Part shown: positions 31,221 through 41,601 of the stretch, one piece after another | Layout of the letters: each line of letters opens with the position of its first letter | How positions within the stretch are numbered: the stretch's first letter is position 1 | NCBI GenBank assembly: GCA_013297885.1 | Contig: JAAFIR010000005.1 | Span: 46,507-110,506, forward strand | Length of the DNA: 64,000 nucleotides | Direction of reading: 5' to 3' | From: Leptospirales bacterium | GTDB lineage: Bacteria; Spirochaetota; Leptospiria; Leptospirales; Leptospiraceae | Notes under the pieces: generated by a model | What the model was told of the DNA's origin: nothing | Seen by the model: only the letters and a program-made list of their open reading frames with translations | Database searches by the model: none | Made by a program: the position numbers and the translations under genes

Positions 31221-31448
31221 AGAAATGAAGCCAAATGGTTTAGGCAAGTGACTTCTAATCACTCTCAAACAAAAATATAGGTTTGTTTTTTATTCTGTTT
31301 TAAATGACGACAAGAAAATTTGCTTTGAAGTTTTTTGGATACCGTTTTAAAAAAATAAATCTTGTGAGGTTTATGTATTTAAAACTAAAAATAAACTCCG
31401 CAAATTTTTTTTGAATAAAAAACAGACCTATTCATAAAAGGAGAAATT

Positions 31449-32552
31449 ATGTATTCAATTATCTATGAAGATGAAATTGGAATTTTATTTAAAAACGGAA
31501 AATTAAAAAAACTTCTCCGTGCAGGAAAACATTATATTTTTACTTGGCTTGGTGAAAATGTAGAAGTTCATAAATTAATTAATGATGTAAATTCTAAAAT
31601 TGCAGTGAACGTTCTTTTAGAAAATGAAGAGTTTAAAAATGCAGTTGATGTAATTGATATAAATGAATATGAAATTTGTTTGTATTATTTTAATGAAGTT
31701 CGTTTTGAAGTTTTAAAATCTGGAAAGTATGTTCATTGGAAGTCTCCTTTTAATAGAAAATATGTAAAAATTGATTTAAGAGAAGTTGAAATTAGTTCAG
31801 ATTTTGATAAATCTATTTTTTCAAATCCAAAAATGGCTGGATTATTTTTAGTACACCAAGTAGAACCTTATGAAGTTGGTTTACTTGTTAAGTCTGGAAA
31901 ATTTATTAGAAGACTCGAACAAGGAAGATATTTTTTTTGGAATCAAACCCAGTCTCCTGTTGTGGTTTATAGAATTGACTTAAGACTAAAAAATCTTGAA
32001 GTAGTAGGGCAAGAAATTTTGACTTTAGACAGAGTAACAATTAGATTAAATTGTTCTACTCAATATAAAATTTTAGATCCTGAAAAAGCTATTTTTGGCA
32101 TGGAAAATCAACAGGTAACTCTTCACTCTGCTGTTCAATTTGCATTAAGAGAATTTACTAGCAAAGAAAAATTAGATTCACTTCTAGATAAAAAAGAAGA
32201 AATCTCAAAAACTGTTTTGGAAAATTTAAAACTAAGAGAAAAAGAATTTGGTGTTGAATTTATTAACTCTGGAATTAAAGATATAATATTGCCCGGAGAA
32301 ATGAAAGATATTTTAAATACTGTTCTACTAGCAGAAAAAAAAGCACAAGCAAATATTATCACTAGAAGAGAAGAAATTGCTTCTACTCGTTCTCTATTAA
32401 ACACTGCTAAACTTTTAGATGAAAATAAAACTTTATTTAGATTAAAAGAACTGGAATACCTAGAAAAAATTTCTGAAAAAATTTCTTCGATTTCTATTTC
32501 TAACCAAGGAAATGTTTTGGATCAGCTCAGTAAATTAGTGGGAAAAGAATGA
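31449..32552 (+). CDS. SPFH/band-7 (stomatin/prohibitin-like) domain protein with duplicated N-terminal segment
   Basis: EILTLDRVTIRLNCSTQYKILDPEKAIFGMENQQVTLHSAVQFALREFTSKEKLDSLL matches the SPFH core. A coiled-coil C-terminus follows. Residues 5-45 and 130-175 look like duplicated SPFH start hairpins. Confidence 0.6.
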   Translation: MYSIIYEDEIGILFKNGKLKKLLRAGKHYIFTWLGENVEVHKLINDVNSKIAVNVLLENEEFKNAVDVIDINEYEICLYYFNEVRFEVLKSGKYVHWKSPFNRKYVKIDLREVEISSDFDKSIFSNPKMAGLFLVHQVEPYEVGLLVKSGKFIRRLEQGRYFFWNQTQSPVVVYRIDLRLKNLEVVGQEILTLDRVTIRLNCSTQYKILDPEKAIFGMENQQVTLHSAVQFALREFTSKEKLDSLLDKKEEISKTVLENLKLREKEFGVEFINSGIKDIILPGEMKDILNTVLLAEKKAQANIITRREEIASTRSLLNTAKLLDENKTLFRLKELEYLEKISEKISSISISNQGNVLDQLSKLVGKE

Positions 32553-33247
32553 ATGTTAATTTTAGGCGATGTACATGGTTGTTATAAAACTTTAAAAAAA
32601 TTAATTTCTCAATTTCCCAATGAAGAAGTTTGTTTTGTGGGCGATTTAATTGATCGAGGACCTAGTAGTCGATTAGTTTTGGAGTTTGTAATTGATTCTG
32701 GTTATAAATCAGTAAAAGGCAATCATGAAGAAATGGTTAAAAAGTTTTTTTTCAAAAATGATAATATTTGGTTAAATCCAAGTAATGGTGGTGATAAAGT
32801 TCTAAAAGAATTTAATTATTTTGAAACTTCTTTTAATAAAGGAAAAAAATTTGCAAAAGAAGAATTGCTTAAAACAAAAGAATTTCAGTTTTTATTAAAT
32901 TTGCCAAGTTATTTAGAATTTGAAATTTTTAATTCTGAAAAAAGAAAACTTTTTGTAACTCATTCTTATGTTTCTAAAGTTTGGCATTATAAAAATAAAT
33001 CAGATACAATTTACAAAGATTCATTTGATAATCATATTTTATGGGCTAGACCAAAATTAGTAGAAGATATTCCTAATATTTTAATGTTTTTGGTCACACG
33101 CCTTTGTACCAAGCAGTTTTAAGAGAACATTATGCGAATTTAGATTCTGGTTGTTATTATGGTCAAACTAAAAATGGGGGATATGGAGAGCTAACAGGAC
33201 TTTTGTTTCCTGAGATGAGACTTGTTACAGAAAAATATTCAGAATAG
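32553..33247 (+). pseudogene. PPP-family (ApaH/PrpE-like, calcineurin-like) metallophosphoesterase, interrupted by a frameshift near 33077-33092
   Basis: Frame 1 carries GDVHG, GDLIDRG and GNHE, then terminates at 33122. The conserved GHTP motif and C-terminus (NVFGHTPLYQAVLREHYANLDSGCYYG...) continue in the +2 frame to TAG at 33245-33247. Start overlaps the SPFH stop (ATGAATG). Confidence 0.6.
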
Positions 33248-33330
33248 CTTTAATCTTAAAGTTTCTTTGTCGAAATTAAGAATATATTCGCTAAAATCAA
33301 AACTAAAAATTATTTGGTTTAATAAAGAAT

Positions 33331-35343
33331 ATGATTCAATTTAAAACAATTAGTCAGAGGTTTATTTTTTTCTCTGTTGTTTCTGTAACTATTTCAGTTT
33401 TAGTAACTGGATTAACTAGTTATTTTTTAACCAAAACTTCGATTTTGTATAAATTAAAATCTCAAGATTTAATAACGCTTGCAACAAATAAAGCTGATAA
33501 AGTAAATTCTAAAATTTCTAGAGCAATTGATATTTCAACAACACTTGCTACTGATCCAGTAATAATTGAATTTTTTTTATCAAATGATTCAAATTTATTA
33601 CTAAAAAATTTAGTTTTAAAAAAATTAAAATCAATTTCTGATTCAAGTCTAGAATTTACAAATTCATTTGCAGCAAGTAATATCACAAAAAAATATTATA
33701 GAGGAAATACAGAAGAAATTTTAGATTTGACTGACAAAGAAAATAATTCTTGGTTTTATGATGCTATTTCAAAAAAAATAAAAAATCAAATTAATATTAA
33801 CACTGATTCTAAAAATGATACTTATGTTTTTATAAATATTATAATTGGTGATTTGGATAAACCGGTTGGAATTGCTGGAGTATCATTAAAATTTAATGAT
33901 GTTGCTAAAGAGTTTAGTGAATCAGATAAAAACTTAAACTCAAAAATTTGGCTAATAGATCAAAATCAGAAAATTAAAATTTCTTCAAATCAAAATGACT
34001 TAAATAAAGAAATTAGTTCTATCACTAATGAAGAAATCGAAAAAGAAATTTTACAAAATAAAAAAAATACCCAGAGTTTTGAATTTGAATCAAAGGAGGG
34101 ATTAGTGGATTTAATTTATCTTCCAATTAGTTTAGAAAATTATTCTGTTCTTTTCGAGATTCCAAGAAAAAGTACAACTTCTATTTTAAAACCAATTGCC
34201 TATGGAACTATTATTATTTGTGGAATCTCAATTATAGCTATTTTTTTTACTTTTTTATATGGAACAAAAACTTTAACACGACCAATTCGAAGAATGATTA
34301 CCGGACTTAATTCTGTATCTAAAGGGAATTTAAAACAAAAAATTGAAATTTTATCTAATGATGAAATCGGAGATTTGGGAAATAAATTTAATGAATTCAC
34401 TGATCGAATTTCTAACGCAATTATAACTGTAAAAGCAAATTCAGAATTAATTTTAGAATCATCAGAAAATTTAAAAATTGAAACGAATGATTTTTTTGTA
34501 AATACTCAATCTCAAGCAGCTGCTTTAGAAGAAATTTCATCTACTGTTTCTTATCTTGCTGAAAATTCAGAAACTGTAAAAATTAGCACCAGTAAACAAA
34601 ATAAAAATTTATCTTCATTAAGTTCTAAACTTCAAGATTTATCAGTTGAAATAGAATCTATGAATCAGGTAATTATTTCATCATTGAAAAATATAAAAAA
34701 AGTTTCTTCAGATATGTTAACAGAAACTCAGTCATTGAGTTTAGTAAGTTCTAGTATGAAAGAAATTCATTCTAGTTCAAAAGATTTATTTTTAACAATA
34801 GAAGTAATTCATGATATTTCTGAAAAAGTGAATTTACTTGCACTAAATGCCTCCATAGAAGCTGCGAGAGCTGGTAGTTTTGGTAAAGGTTTTGCAGTAG
34901 TTGCAACTGAGATTTCTAAATTAGCTGATAAAACAGCTGAGTCTGTAAAAAGCATCGATTTAATAATTAGAAAAAATAACAAAGAAATAAATTCAGGAAT
35001 TTCAAATTTAGAATCAGTAAATTCAAAAACTATAGAAATTAATTTAGAAATAGAAAAAACTGTTTTTAAAATGAACCAACTTTTCGAAATTATGCAAAAA
35101 CAAATTTCTATTAAATTTCAAACTGAACGTGAATCTGAAATTGTAAAAAAAGAATCAGAAGAGATTGCGAAAATTACTGAAGAATTAAATCTTTCTTTTT
35201 CAGAAATAGGAAGAGCAATTGAAGACATTAATAAATCTTCAATTTCAAATATGAATGGTTCAGGGAAAATCGCTGAAAGTTCAGTAAACTTAAACAGAAT
35301 TGCAAAAGATTTAAAAGAAGAAATAAAATTTTTTAAAACTTAA
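33331..35343 (+). CDS. methyl-accepting chemotaxis protein (periplasmic sensor, HAMP, MCP signalling domain)
   Basis: Two TM segments flanking a periplasmic domain of about 250 aa. HAMP region. Highly conserved signalling hairpin [35 protein letters not shown]. Confidence 0.9.
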   Translation: MIQFKTISQRFIFFSVVSVTISVLVTGLTSYFLTKTSILYKLKSQDLITLATNKADKVNSKISRAIDISTTLATDPVIIEFFLSNDSNLLLKNLVLKKLKSISDSSLEFTNSFAASNITKKYYRGNTEEILDLTDKENNSWFYDAISKKIKNQININTDSKNDTYVFINIIIGDLDKPVGIAGVSLKFNDVAKEFSESDKNLNSKIWLIDQNQKIKISSNQNDLNKEISSITNEEIEKEILQNKKNTQSFEFESKEGLVDLIYLPISLENYSVLFEIPRKSTTSILKPIAYGTIIICGISIIAIFFTFLYGTKTLTRPIRRMITGLNSVSKGNLKQKIEILSNDEIGDLGNKFNEFTDRISNAIITVKANSELILESSENLKIETNDFFVNTQSQAAALEEISSTVSYLAENSETVKISTSKQNKNLSSLSSKLQDLSVEIESMNQVIISSLKNIKKVSSDMLTETQSLSLVSSSMKEIHSSSKDLFLTIEVIHDISEKVNLLALNASIEAARAGSFGKGFAVVATEISKLADKTAESVKSIDLIIRKNNKEINSGISNLESVNSKTIEINLEIEKTVFKMNQLFEIMQKQISIKFQTERESEIVKKESEEIAKITEELNLSFSEIGRAIEDINKSSISNMNGSGKIAESSVNLNRIAKDLKEEIKFFKT

Positions 35344-35346
35344 TTG

Positions 35347-36249
35347 TTAACCTCTTTTCCATTCTAATACTAACCAATCATTAAATTGCTCTTCATAAAC
35401 TAAACTCCCCCCTAGTGCCTTTTGAAACAAATTCAAAGAATCATTTTTTCGTTCAATAATTAATCCACTAAATAAAAAATGATTGGATTTAATTTTTTTA
35501 ATATATTCTATATTCTGGGAAATTACAGCATAAGTAATATTTGCAAGCACCAAATCAAATTCAGTTTCAAAAATAAATTCAGAATCTATTCCACCATATA
35601 TAATTTTTATATCTAATTCATGAGAAAAAGAATTTTCATTAAAATTAAATTCTGTGGCTCTTGTAGCATTTGAATCTATATCTAATGCAAAAATTTTATT
35701 TGCACCTAGTCTAGCAGCACCAATAGATAGAATTCCAGAACCACAACCTAAATCTAAAATTGATTTATTCTTTACTTCTAATTCTTGAATTCTTGAAAGC
35801 ATCAATTTTGTTGTTTCATGATGACCTGTTCCGAAAGCAAGACCGGGATTCATATACAAAATTTGATTGGAAGAGTCTTTTTCTAATTCAGATGTATCTT
35901 TTTCCCAAACAGGAACAATCCAGAAATTTTTTCCAATTTGAAATGGTTTGTAAAATTCTTTATAAGCTTCTTCATATTCTATGGTTTCAATTTGTCTTGA
36001 TTCGATAAAAAATTTATCAGCTGCTTTAACTTTTAAATAAATTTCTATTTTTACTTCTTTTAAAATATCTATATCCTGAATATAAACTTTGATATTTGTA
36101 TCATCTCTTAAAATTTGGTTATTTAATTTTGGTAATGATGAATCAAATAAAATTTCATAATATCCTTCTACTTCTAACTCATCTAAAAATTGATTAAACT
36201 CATCTGTAATATCTTTTGGTAAATTGATTTTTAATTCTTTATAATTCAT
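35347..36249 (-). CDS. prmA: ribosomal protein L11 methyltransferase
   Basis: SAM-binding ILDLGCGSGILSIGAARLGA and overall PrmA length and architecture. Confidence 0.85.
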   Translation of the reverse strand: MNYKELKINLPKDITDEFNQFLDELEVEGYYEILFDSSLPKLNNQILRDDTNIKVYIQDIDILKEVKIEIYLKVKAADKFFIESRQIETIEYEEAYKEFYKPFQIGKNFWIVPVWEKDTSELEKDSSNQILYMNPGLAFGTGHHETTKLMLSRIQELEVKNKSILDLGCGSGILSIGAARLGANKIFALDIDSNATRATEFNFNENSFSHELDIKIIYGGIDSEFIFETEFDLVLANITYAVISQNIEYIKKIKSNHFLFSGLIIERKNDSLNLFQKALGGSLVYEEQFNDWLVLEWKRG

Positions 36250-38696
36250 AAACTTTTTATTTTTTGCTCCAAGTCTTCTACTCTTTCCGTTTTATTTAAA
36301 ATGGTATAAAGTTCTTTTAAGTTTTTTAGATTTTTAAAATGATTAGGTTCTCTAATAAGTATTTGTTCTCCAATATCTATTGCCCTTTCATAATTTCCAC
36401 ATTTTTTATTTGAAATGGATTCTAAATATAACATATCAAGTGAATCTGGTTTTTTTTTATTATAATTTGAAATATGTTTTATCGCTTGTGAAAAATCTTT
36501 AATTTTAAAATAATAATAACTTAATTGTTTGTTTGCGATTTCATTATTAGGATTTATTTTGAAGATACTTTTCATAAACAGAATATTTTCTTTAAAATCT
36601 GAATCTTTTAGGTCTTGAAACTTTGGAAAAATTCTTGAAACAACTTCTGTAAATTTTTTTTTATTATAAGAAATATCAGGACCAAAATATTCTATTCTTA
36701 CTAAACTTAAATCATCAGTAATTTCTCCAGATAGTTTTACATTTTCGGAAATAAGTTGTAAATCTCCTTTTGACTTTTCAACATTCTGTAAAAATAAATA
36801 TTCATCTTCATTAATGATTCTATGTTCGTCAGATATTCCAATCATTACATCATCTCTTCCATCTGAACCAGCAATTAGAATATCACCAGGTTTTAACTCC
36901 AATGTTTTAACATAAAATAAATTTTCGTTTTCATAAATTCCTAGTTTTCTTGTGTTATGTTCTTTTTCAATAAATGTAGCTTTATTATCACGATACAAAA
37001 CGGTCCAAGGATGTTCAGCATTTAAGTAATATAAAAAACCTGTTTCTTCATCAATTAAACCAATAACACATGAAATAAACATGGTTCCATCAAATGATTC
37101 AAAAACTTTTTGAAGCTCTAAAAAAGTATCTTTTAACCAACGCTCAGGACTTCTATTTTTAAAAGAGGCAATATTACTTCTATTTAGCACAGTATTAAAA
37201 ACAACACCCATTACTAATGCTCCACCAGCACCTTGAATTGATTTTCCCATTGCATCACCATTTACAAATACTAAATATTTTTTTCCTTCTAGTTCAATAT
37301 TTGTTGTAATAGAAATATCTCCTCCAATTTCATGAGTTTTATTTTTAAATTCAAAAACTTTTTTTTGTTTGCAATAAATTTCTGTTTTGAGTAAATCTGA
37401 TTTATTTTTATTTCTTGTTAATGGATTGAGTAATAGTGAAGTTAGGTAATAATCACCATCTTGCTGTTTTTTTACTTCAGCAATTTTTAAAAGAGATAAA
37501 TTTAATTCTTCAGTTCTTTTTTCTACTTTTTTTTCTAGTGAAAAATTTAATTCTTCAACTTCATCGTTTAGTCTGACAAATTTATGAGCTAATATCAAGG
37601 CTATTGATAAAATAAAAGCTAAAAATGCAAATCCAAAAGTTCTAGGAAATTCAAAAAAACCTCTATCTGAAAAAATATCTGTTATTAATGAAATGAATAG
37701 TAATATTATACTTGAAAATAAATACTTAAAATCAGGATGAGATTTTTTTTTGGCAAGATAAATGTAATAAAATAAATTCAGTAACCAAAAAATTCCAAGT
37801 GGTTGTATAAAATTTTTATTAATTGTATCAAACCAAATTAAATTTTTATAAAATATAAAACTAATTGAGGATAGAAACGAAATTGAGCTTAATGAAAAAA
37901 AAATTTTATTTAATTTGATTTTGAAATAAACTCGAATAAAATTTACAAATAAAGGAAGCATTAAGGTAAAAATTAAATATTCAATTTGTTTTGAAAAAAT
38001 AAAATTGATATTTAATGAGTATTTGATTTGGGTTCTTAAAAATTGATATATGATAACAGAAAAAATAAATATTGAAAATAACAAATAATCTTTTTCTTTT
38101 GTTCTAAAACAGAACATAAATAAAAAATAGAAACTTACAGTGAAATAAATTGCTAGAAAAATAAGTTTATAAATTTCTGATTTATAAAATTCTTTTAAAA
38201 TAGATTTGCTTTCTGAAATTTTAACTTCTTGATTCATAAGTCCCATTTCATCTGGAAAATAACCTTTTACTAAAATTTCAATTGAATTAGTTTGATTTTT
38301 TTTGAAATATAAATTTGGAATTTCATAAATTCTTGTTTTATCATAACATTCTGCAAATTCACTTAAAAAATTTCCACAAGATCCAATTAAAATTCCATTA
38401 AAAAAAACTTGGTCTTTATCAGAAATGATTCCTAAATTAATTGAATATGATTTGGTTTCATCAAAGTTTTCTAAATAGAAATTTTTTCTATACTGAATAG
38501 TATTTTTTTGAAAAATATTTTTTTTTGAATTCCAATTTATTTCTAAATTACAATCAGTAGCACATGTTTCAAAATTTTCTAAAAAAACCTCAGACTCTTT
38601 TAAATTTTCTTTTTTTAATTCTTCTGTAAATATATTTGTTAATAAAATGAAATAGAATATTAGTTTCATAAATCTTCCCCTTAATCTTACCTTCAC
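36246..38696 (-). CDS. 7TMR-DISM receptor fused to SpoIIE/PP2C phosphatase and C-terminal TPR repeats
   Basis: Signal peptide plus extracellular domain, 7 TM helices, PP2C motifs (GGDISIT, GDAMGKSIQGAGGAL, AGSDG), then TPR-like repeats. 4-bp overlap with the prmA start. Confidence 0.7.
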   Translation of the reverse strand: MKVRLRGRFMKLIFYFILLTNIFTEELKKENLKESEVFLENFETCATDCNLEINWNSKKNIFQKNTIQYRKNFYLENFDETKSYSINLGIISDKDQVFFNGILIGSCGNFLSEFAECYDKTRIYEIPNLYFKKNQTNSIEILVKGYFPDEMGLMNQEVKISESKSILKEFYKSEIYKLIFLAIYFTVSFYFLFMFCFRTKEKDYLLFSIFIFSVIIYQFLRTQIKYSLNINFIFSKQIEYLIFTLMLPLFVNFIRVYFKIKLNKIFFSLSSISFLSSISFIFYKNLIWFDTINKNFIQPLGIFWLLNLFYYIYLAKKKSHPDFKYLFSSIILLFISLITDIFSDRGFFEFPRTFGFAFLAFILSIALILAHKFVRLNDEVEELNFSLEKKVEKRTEELNLSLLKIAEVKKQQDGDYYLTSLLLNPLTRNKNKSDLLKTEIYCKQKKVFEFKNKTHEIGGDISITTNIELEGKKYLVFVNGDAMGKSIQGAGGALVMGVVFNTVLNRSNIASFKNRSPERWLKDTFLELQKVFESFDGTMFISCVIGLIDEETGFLYYLNAEHPWTVLYRDNKATFIEKEHNTRKLGIYENENLFYVKTLELKPGDILIAGSDGRDDVMIGISDEHRIINEDEYLFLQNVEKSKGDLQLISENVKLSGEITDDLSLVRIEYFGPDISYNKKKFTEVVSRIFPKFQDLKDSDFKENILFMKSIFKINPNNEIANKQLSYYYFKIKDFSQAIKHISNYNKKKPDSLDMLYLESISNKKCGNYERAIDIGEQILIREPNHFKNLKNLKELYTILNKTERVEDLEQKIKSL

Positions 38697-38924
38697 AAAT
38701 TTTAATTTTTAAGTAATATTTATTTTATAAAAGTATGATATTTTGTGTAACTTTTCAAAATACCGAACTTTTAACCAAGGAAAGCTGATAGCTACACGCT
38801 GTCTTAAGCTACTTACAGTTTTATGAAATCCGATTGGTAAGTTTATCAAACCATAATGTTTTTTGTTTAGTATTATAAAAAATTTTTATAAAGATTAAAA
38901 TTTTTCATTTCAACGAAGCATGAG

Positions 38925-39085
38925 TTAGTGATTGAAAAAGCTAGTGAAAGCTAGGTCTCAAAGAGACGGAACCTTTTTCAAGCACGACCTTTCATTCATG
39001 AAGAATTAAAATTTAAAAAAAATATTCTAAATTCTTAATTTTAAATTCTTCATGAATGAAAGGGAACTCCCAAAAAATACTTTAC
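38925..39085. repeat. palindrome-rich GC-rich intergenic repeat, family 2 (20-bp perfect IR cctttcattcatgaagaatt; terminal motif gggaactcccaaaaaa)
   Basis: IR arms at 38989-39008 and 39043-39062. The gggaactccc module and gttagtgattgaa module are shared with other intergenic copies. Confidence 0.6.
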
Positions 39086-39122
39086 TTGATTTAAGTTTAG
39101 ATTCAAAAAATTTATTTTATAG

Positions 39123-40235
39123 ATGAAAATTTTATTCTTTTTTTTTATGTTAATTTCAATTTATCCATTTGTAGATTATCCTTATGGTGTAAATTTTCAA
39201 ATCATTCGACAACCCTTACTTCCACTAGATAACCAAAAAATTTTTAAAAACCAATTTAGTACAAGGATTGCTTTGAGACATGTTAACATTTGGTCAAGAC
39301 AACAAAATTATTATATCATTGATGGGGAAGAGTCTCAGGCTGAACTTTCAACAAGGTATGGAATCACTGATAAACTTTCTTTCGGTTTTGCAATTTCTCA
39401 TATTTCACAGGGAGGTGGATTTTTTGATAGCACAGTAGAAGGTTTTCATCGTATGACAGGTGTCACACAAGGTGGAAGAGATAACTATCCACAAAATAAA
39501 ATGAATGTGAGTTATGAACCATTTGGAAAGTATTATGGAATTATTGATAATAATCCTCTCAAAACCTATCTCAGGCAGTATGATACAAGAACTTATCCAA
39601 GAGATGAAAATAGTCCACCGATAAGTTTAGATGAATTTACTCGTTCTAGTTTTAAAGATTCTATTTTATACCAAAGACCAGATTTAGCTTATTTTGATAA
39701 GACTGAAATTATAGCTCTCAAATCACAGGATAGAAATGGTTCAGGAAATCCTAGAATTTTTTTGGAATATGAAATTCCTTATAAAAGTTTTTTTGATAAA
39801 ATAAAAATTGGATTTCAATACAAATTTCCTATTCCAAATAGTTTTTTAATTTCAAGTCCCGGTTATGATAGATCAATCTTTTTTGTGTTTGGAAAAAATT
39901 TAGGAAATGCATGGATTTTTAAATTGGGTTATTCTCATATTTTATTTGGTGAAACAAATTATTTAAGTTTTAATTTACCAAAAAGAAGAAATGTTTTAAG
40001 AAATTCTCTTGAATATTTTTGGAAACCAGATTTAAAATTATTTTTTGAATATGTAATTACAGAAGCTCCATTTCAAAATTTTGGAAGACTTGGAAAACCT
40101 ACTCACCAAATTTCATTTGGTTACAAATATAATTTTTCTGATAAAGAATTAGTTATGGGAATAGCAGAAGATATAATAAATTTTTCAACTTCTCCTGATA
40201 TTGGAATTTTTATAAGTCTTGAAAGTAAATTTTAG
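39123..40235 (+). CDS. putative outer-membrane beta-barrel protein (370 aa)
   Basis: N-terminal signal-like segment, alternating aromatic/Gly pattern, C-terminal Phe (…SLESKF). Confidence 0.4.
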   Translation: MKILFFFFMLISIYPFVDYPYGVNFQIIRQPLLPLDNQKIFKNQFSTRIALRHVNIWSRQQNYYIIDGEESQAELSTRYGITDKLSFGFAISHISQGGGFFDSTVEGFHRMTGVTQGGRDNYPQNKMNVSYEPFGKYYGIIDNNPLKTYLRQYDTRTYPRDENSPPISLDEFTRSSFKDSILYQRPDLAYFDKTEIIALKSQDRNGSGNPRIFLEYEIPYKSFFDKIKIGFQYKFPIPNSFLISSPGYDRSIFFVFGKNLGNAWIFKLGYSHILFGETNYLSFNLPKRRNVLRNSLEYFWKPDLKLFFEYVITEAPFQNFGRLGKPTHQISFGYKYNFSDKELVMGIAEDIINFSTSPDIGIFISLESKF

Positions 40236-40325
40236 TTTTAAAAATACATTATCACACATGTTAAATTTTTTATTTTTGATTTGACAAAATATGTTTTTAT
40301 TGTGTTCTATTAAGAGAGGTAAATT

Positions 40326-41135
40326 ATGAAATTTTTAATTTTAGGTTTAATTTTTTTATTAGTTAATTGTCCAAAGGAAGAAAATAAAAGAGACGGAAGA
40401 GGGCTTTTACTTCTTGCTTTAAATAGAAACCAATCCCAAACTACTTTTCCAAATAACCAAAGTACAGCAGAAATTTTTTCCAGCAGTGCAAACTTAACCT
40501 CTGATGATTCAAGTGAACAAGGCTCAATGGCTCAAGCAAATGGGGCAGCACAAATTTTAGAAAGAGCAATTAGTTTAACTGGAAATTCTCTTGCTGGGAC
40601 AATTACTATCACAGATGAATCTTATGAATGTTTATTAGGTGGAACTGTTACATTTAATGGAAGCCAAACATTTACATCTGCAAGTTCCGATATTTTTAAC
40701 AGAACTACTACGATTTCAAATGGAACAAGAACTATCACTTATAATAATTGCCAAGTTTCAACAACCACCACAATTAATTCTGGAACACTAACACTCACTC
40801 AATCTGCACCTGATACTGGAACTACTACAATGCAAACAGAAATCACTTCTGGAACAAATGCATCTGGAACATTAAGAAGAACTTTAAGTAATTTAAAAAC
40901 TTCAGTAGTTGGAACAATTAATGTTACTGCTAGTGGGAGAAGGGGATCTGGAACCGCAAACATCGTTATCAACCAAACAGCAACAATTACTTCCAGAGTG
41001 AGAGAATGGACTATCACAAATTCTAGAGTTTCTAGACCGAGATTAATTTCTAGAACAGGAAGTATCTCAGGAACAGTTTCCATTGGTGGAACTAGTTATA
41101 CTATTAACAGAACTTTAGATGTAAATATAGATTAG
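40326..41135 (+). CDS. Thr/Ser/Asn-rich lipoprotein (269 aa)
   Basis: Lipobox LVNC. Low-complexity T/S/G/N-rich body (TTTINSGTLTLTQSAPDTGTTTMQTE...). Confidence 0.5.
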   Translation: MKFLILGLIFLLVNCPKEENKRDGRGLLLLALNRNQSQTTFPNNQSTAEIFSSSANLTSDDSSEQGSMAQANGAAQILERAISLTGNSLAGTITITDESYECLLGGTVTFNGSQTFTSASSDIFNRTTTISNGTRTITYNNCQVSTTTTINSGTLTLTQSAPDTGTTTMQTEITSGTNASGTLRRTLSNLKTSVVGTINVTASGRRGSGTANIVINQTATITSRVREWTITNSRVSRPRLISRTGSISGTVSIGGTSYTINRTLDVNID

Positions 41136-41230
41136 TTTATAAATCCGAAGAGTTATTTGATCATTTAATTTTTTGGATTCTTTTTTTGTATAATAAATTA
41201 TTTAAAAATTTTTTTTAGAAGTTTTTGACT

Positions 41231-41488
41231 TTAATTTTTTTGAGCAAGTTTAACTTCTAATTTTTTTTTTGATTCTTTAACTGAAATTTTTTTTGAAGTT
41301 TTTAAATTAGAAACTCTTTCTTTTAATAAAGATTTAAGTTCTGTTGAGATAGGTTTAATCAATTCTTCTTTTGGAATTGAACTCCAAACAGAGTTTATTA
41401 AAGTTAGTTTTTGGGAAGTGGATAAATTATTTGATTCTTTAAATAACGCAGTCATAAAAAATGATAAATTTTTAAGATTAAAAATCAA
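41231..41488 (-). CDS. small protein resembling 'putative addiction module component' antitoxin family (orphan)
   Basis: 85 aa. Pattern LSTSQKLTLINSVWSSIPKEELIKPISTELKSLLKERV resembles the TIGR02574-type helical antitoxin. No toxin gene adjacent. Confidence 0.3.
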   Translation of the reverse strand: MIFNLKNLSFFMTALFKESNNLSTSQKLTLINSVWSSIPKEELIKPISTELKSLLKERVSNLKTSKKISVKESKKKLEVKLAQKN

Positions 41489-41559
41489 GTTTTTTTTTAA
41501 AATATTTTGAATTAATTTTTTTTCAACCTATAAAGACAGCGAGTTAGTGGTGTAAAACT

Positions 41560-41595
41560 TTATCAAGCTAGGGGTTAACCCCTAAGCTTGATAGA
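41560..41595. terminator. near-perfect GC-rich palindrome downstream of acyl-CoA ligase gene (likely terminator)
   Basis: tatcaagctaggggttaacccctaagcttgata, immediately 3' of the minus-strand gene ending at 41602. Confidence 0.4.
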
Positions 41596-41601
41596 ACATT
41601 T

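Noticed and set aside
31032-31268. 78-aa minus-strand ORF overlapping the tRNA-like fragment.
   Set aside because: It overlaps a sequence with clear tRNA D/T-arm structure on the plus strand, has no RBS or homology, and is probably spurious.
40326-41135. Repetitive Thr/Ser/Gly-rich region considered as a possible CRISPR-like or tandem-repeat DNA element.
   Set aside because: The repetition is at protein level (low-complexity lipoprotein). No regular direct repeats with spacers are present, and no CRISPR array was found anywhere in the window.
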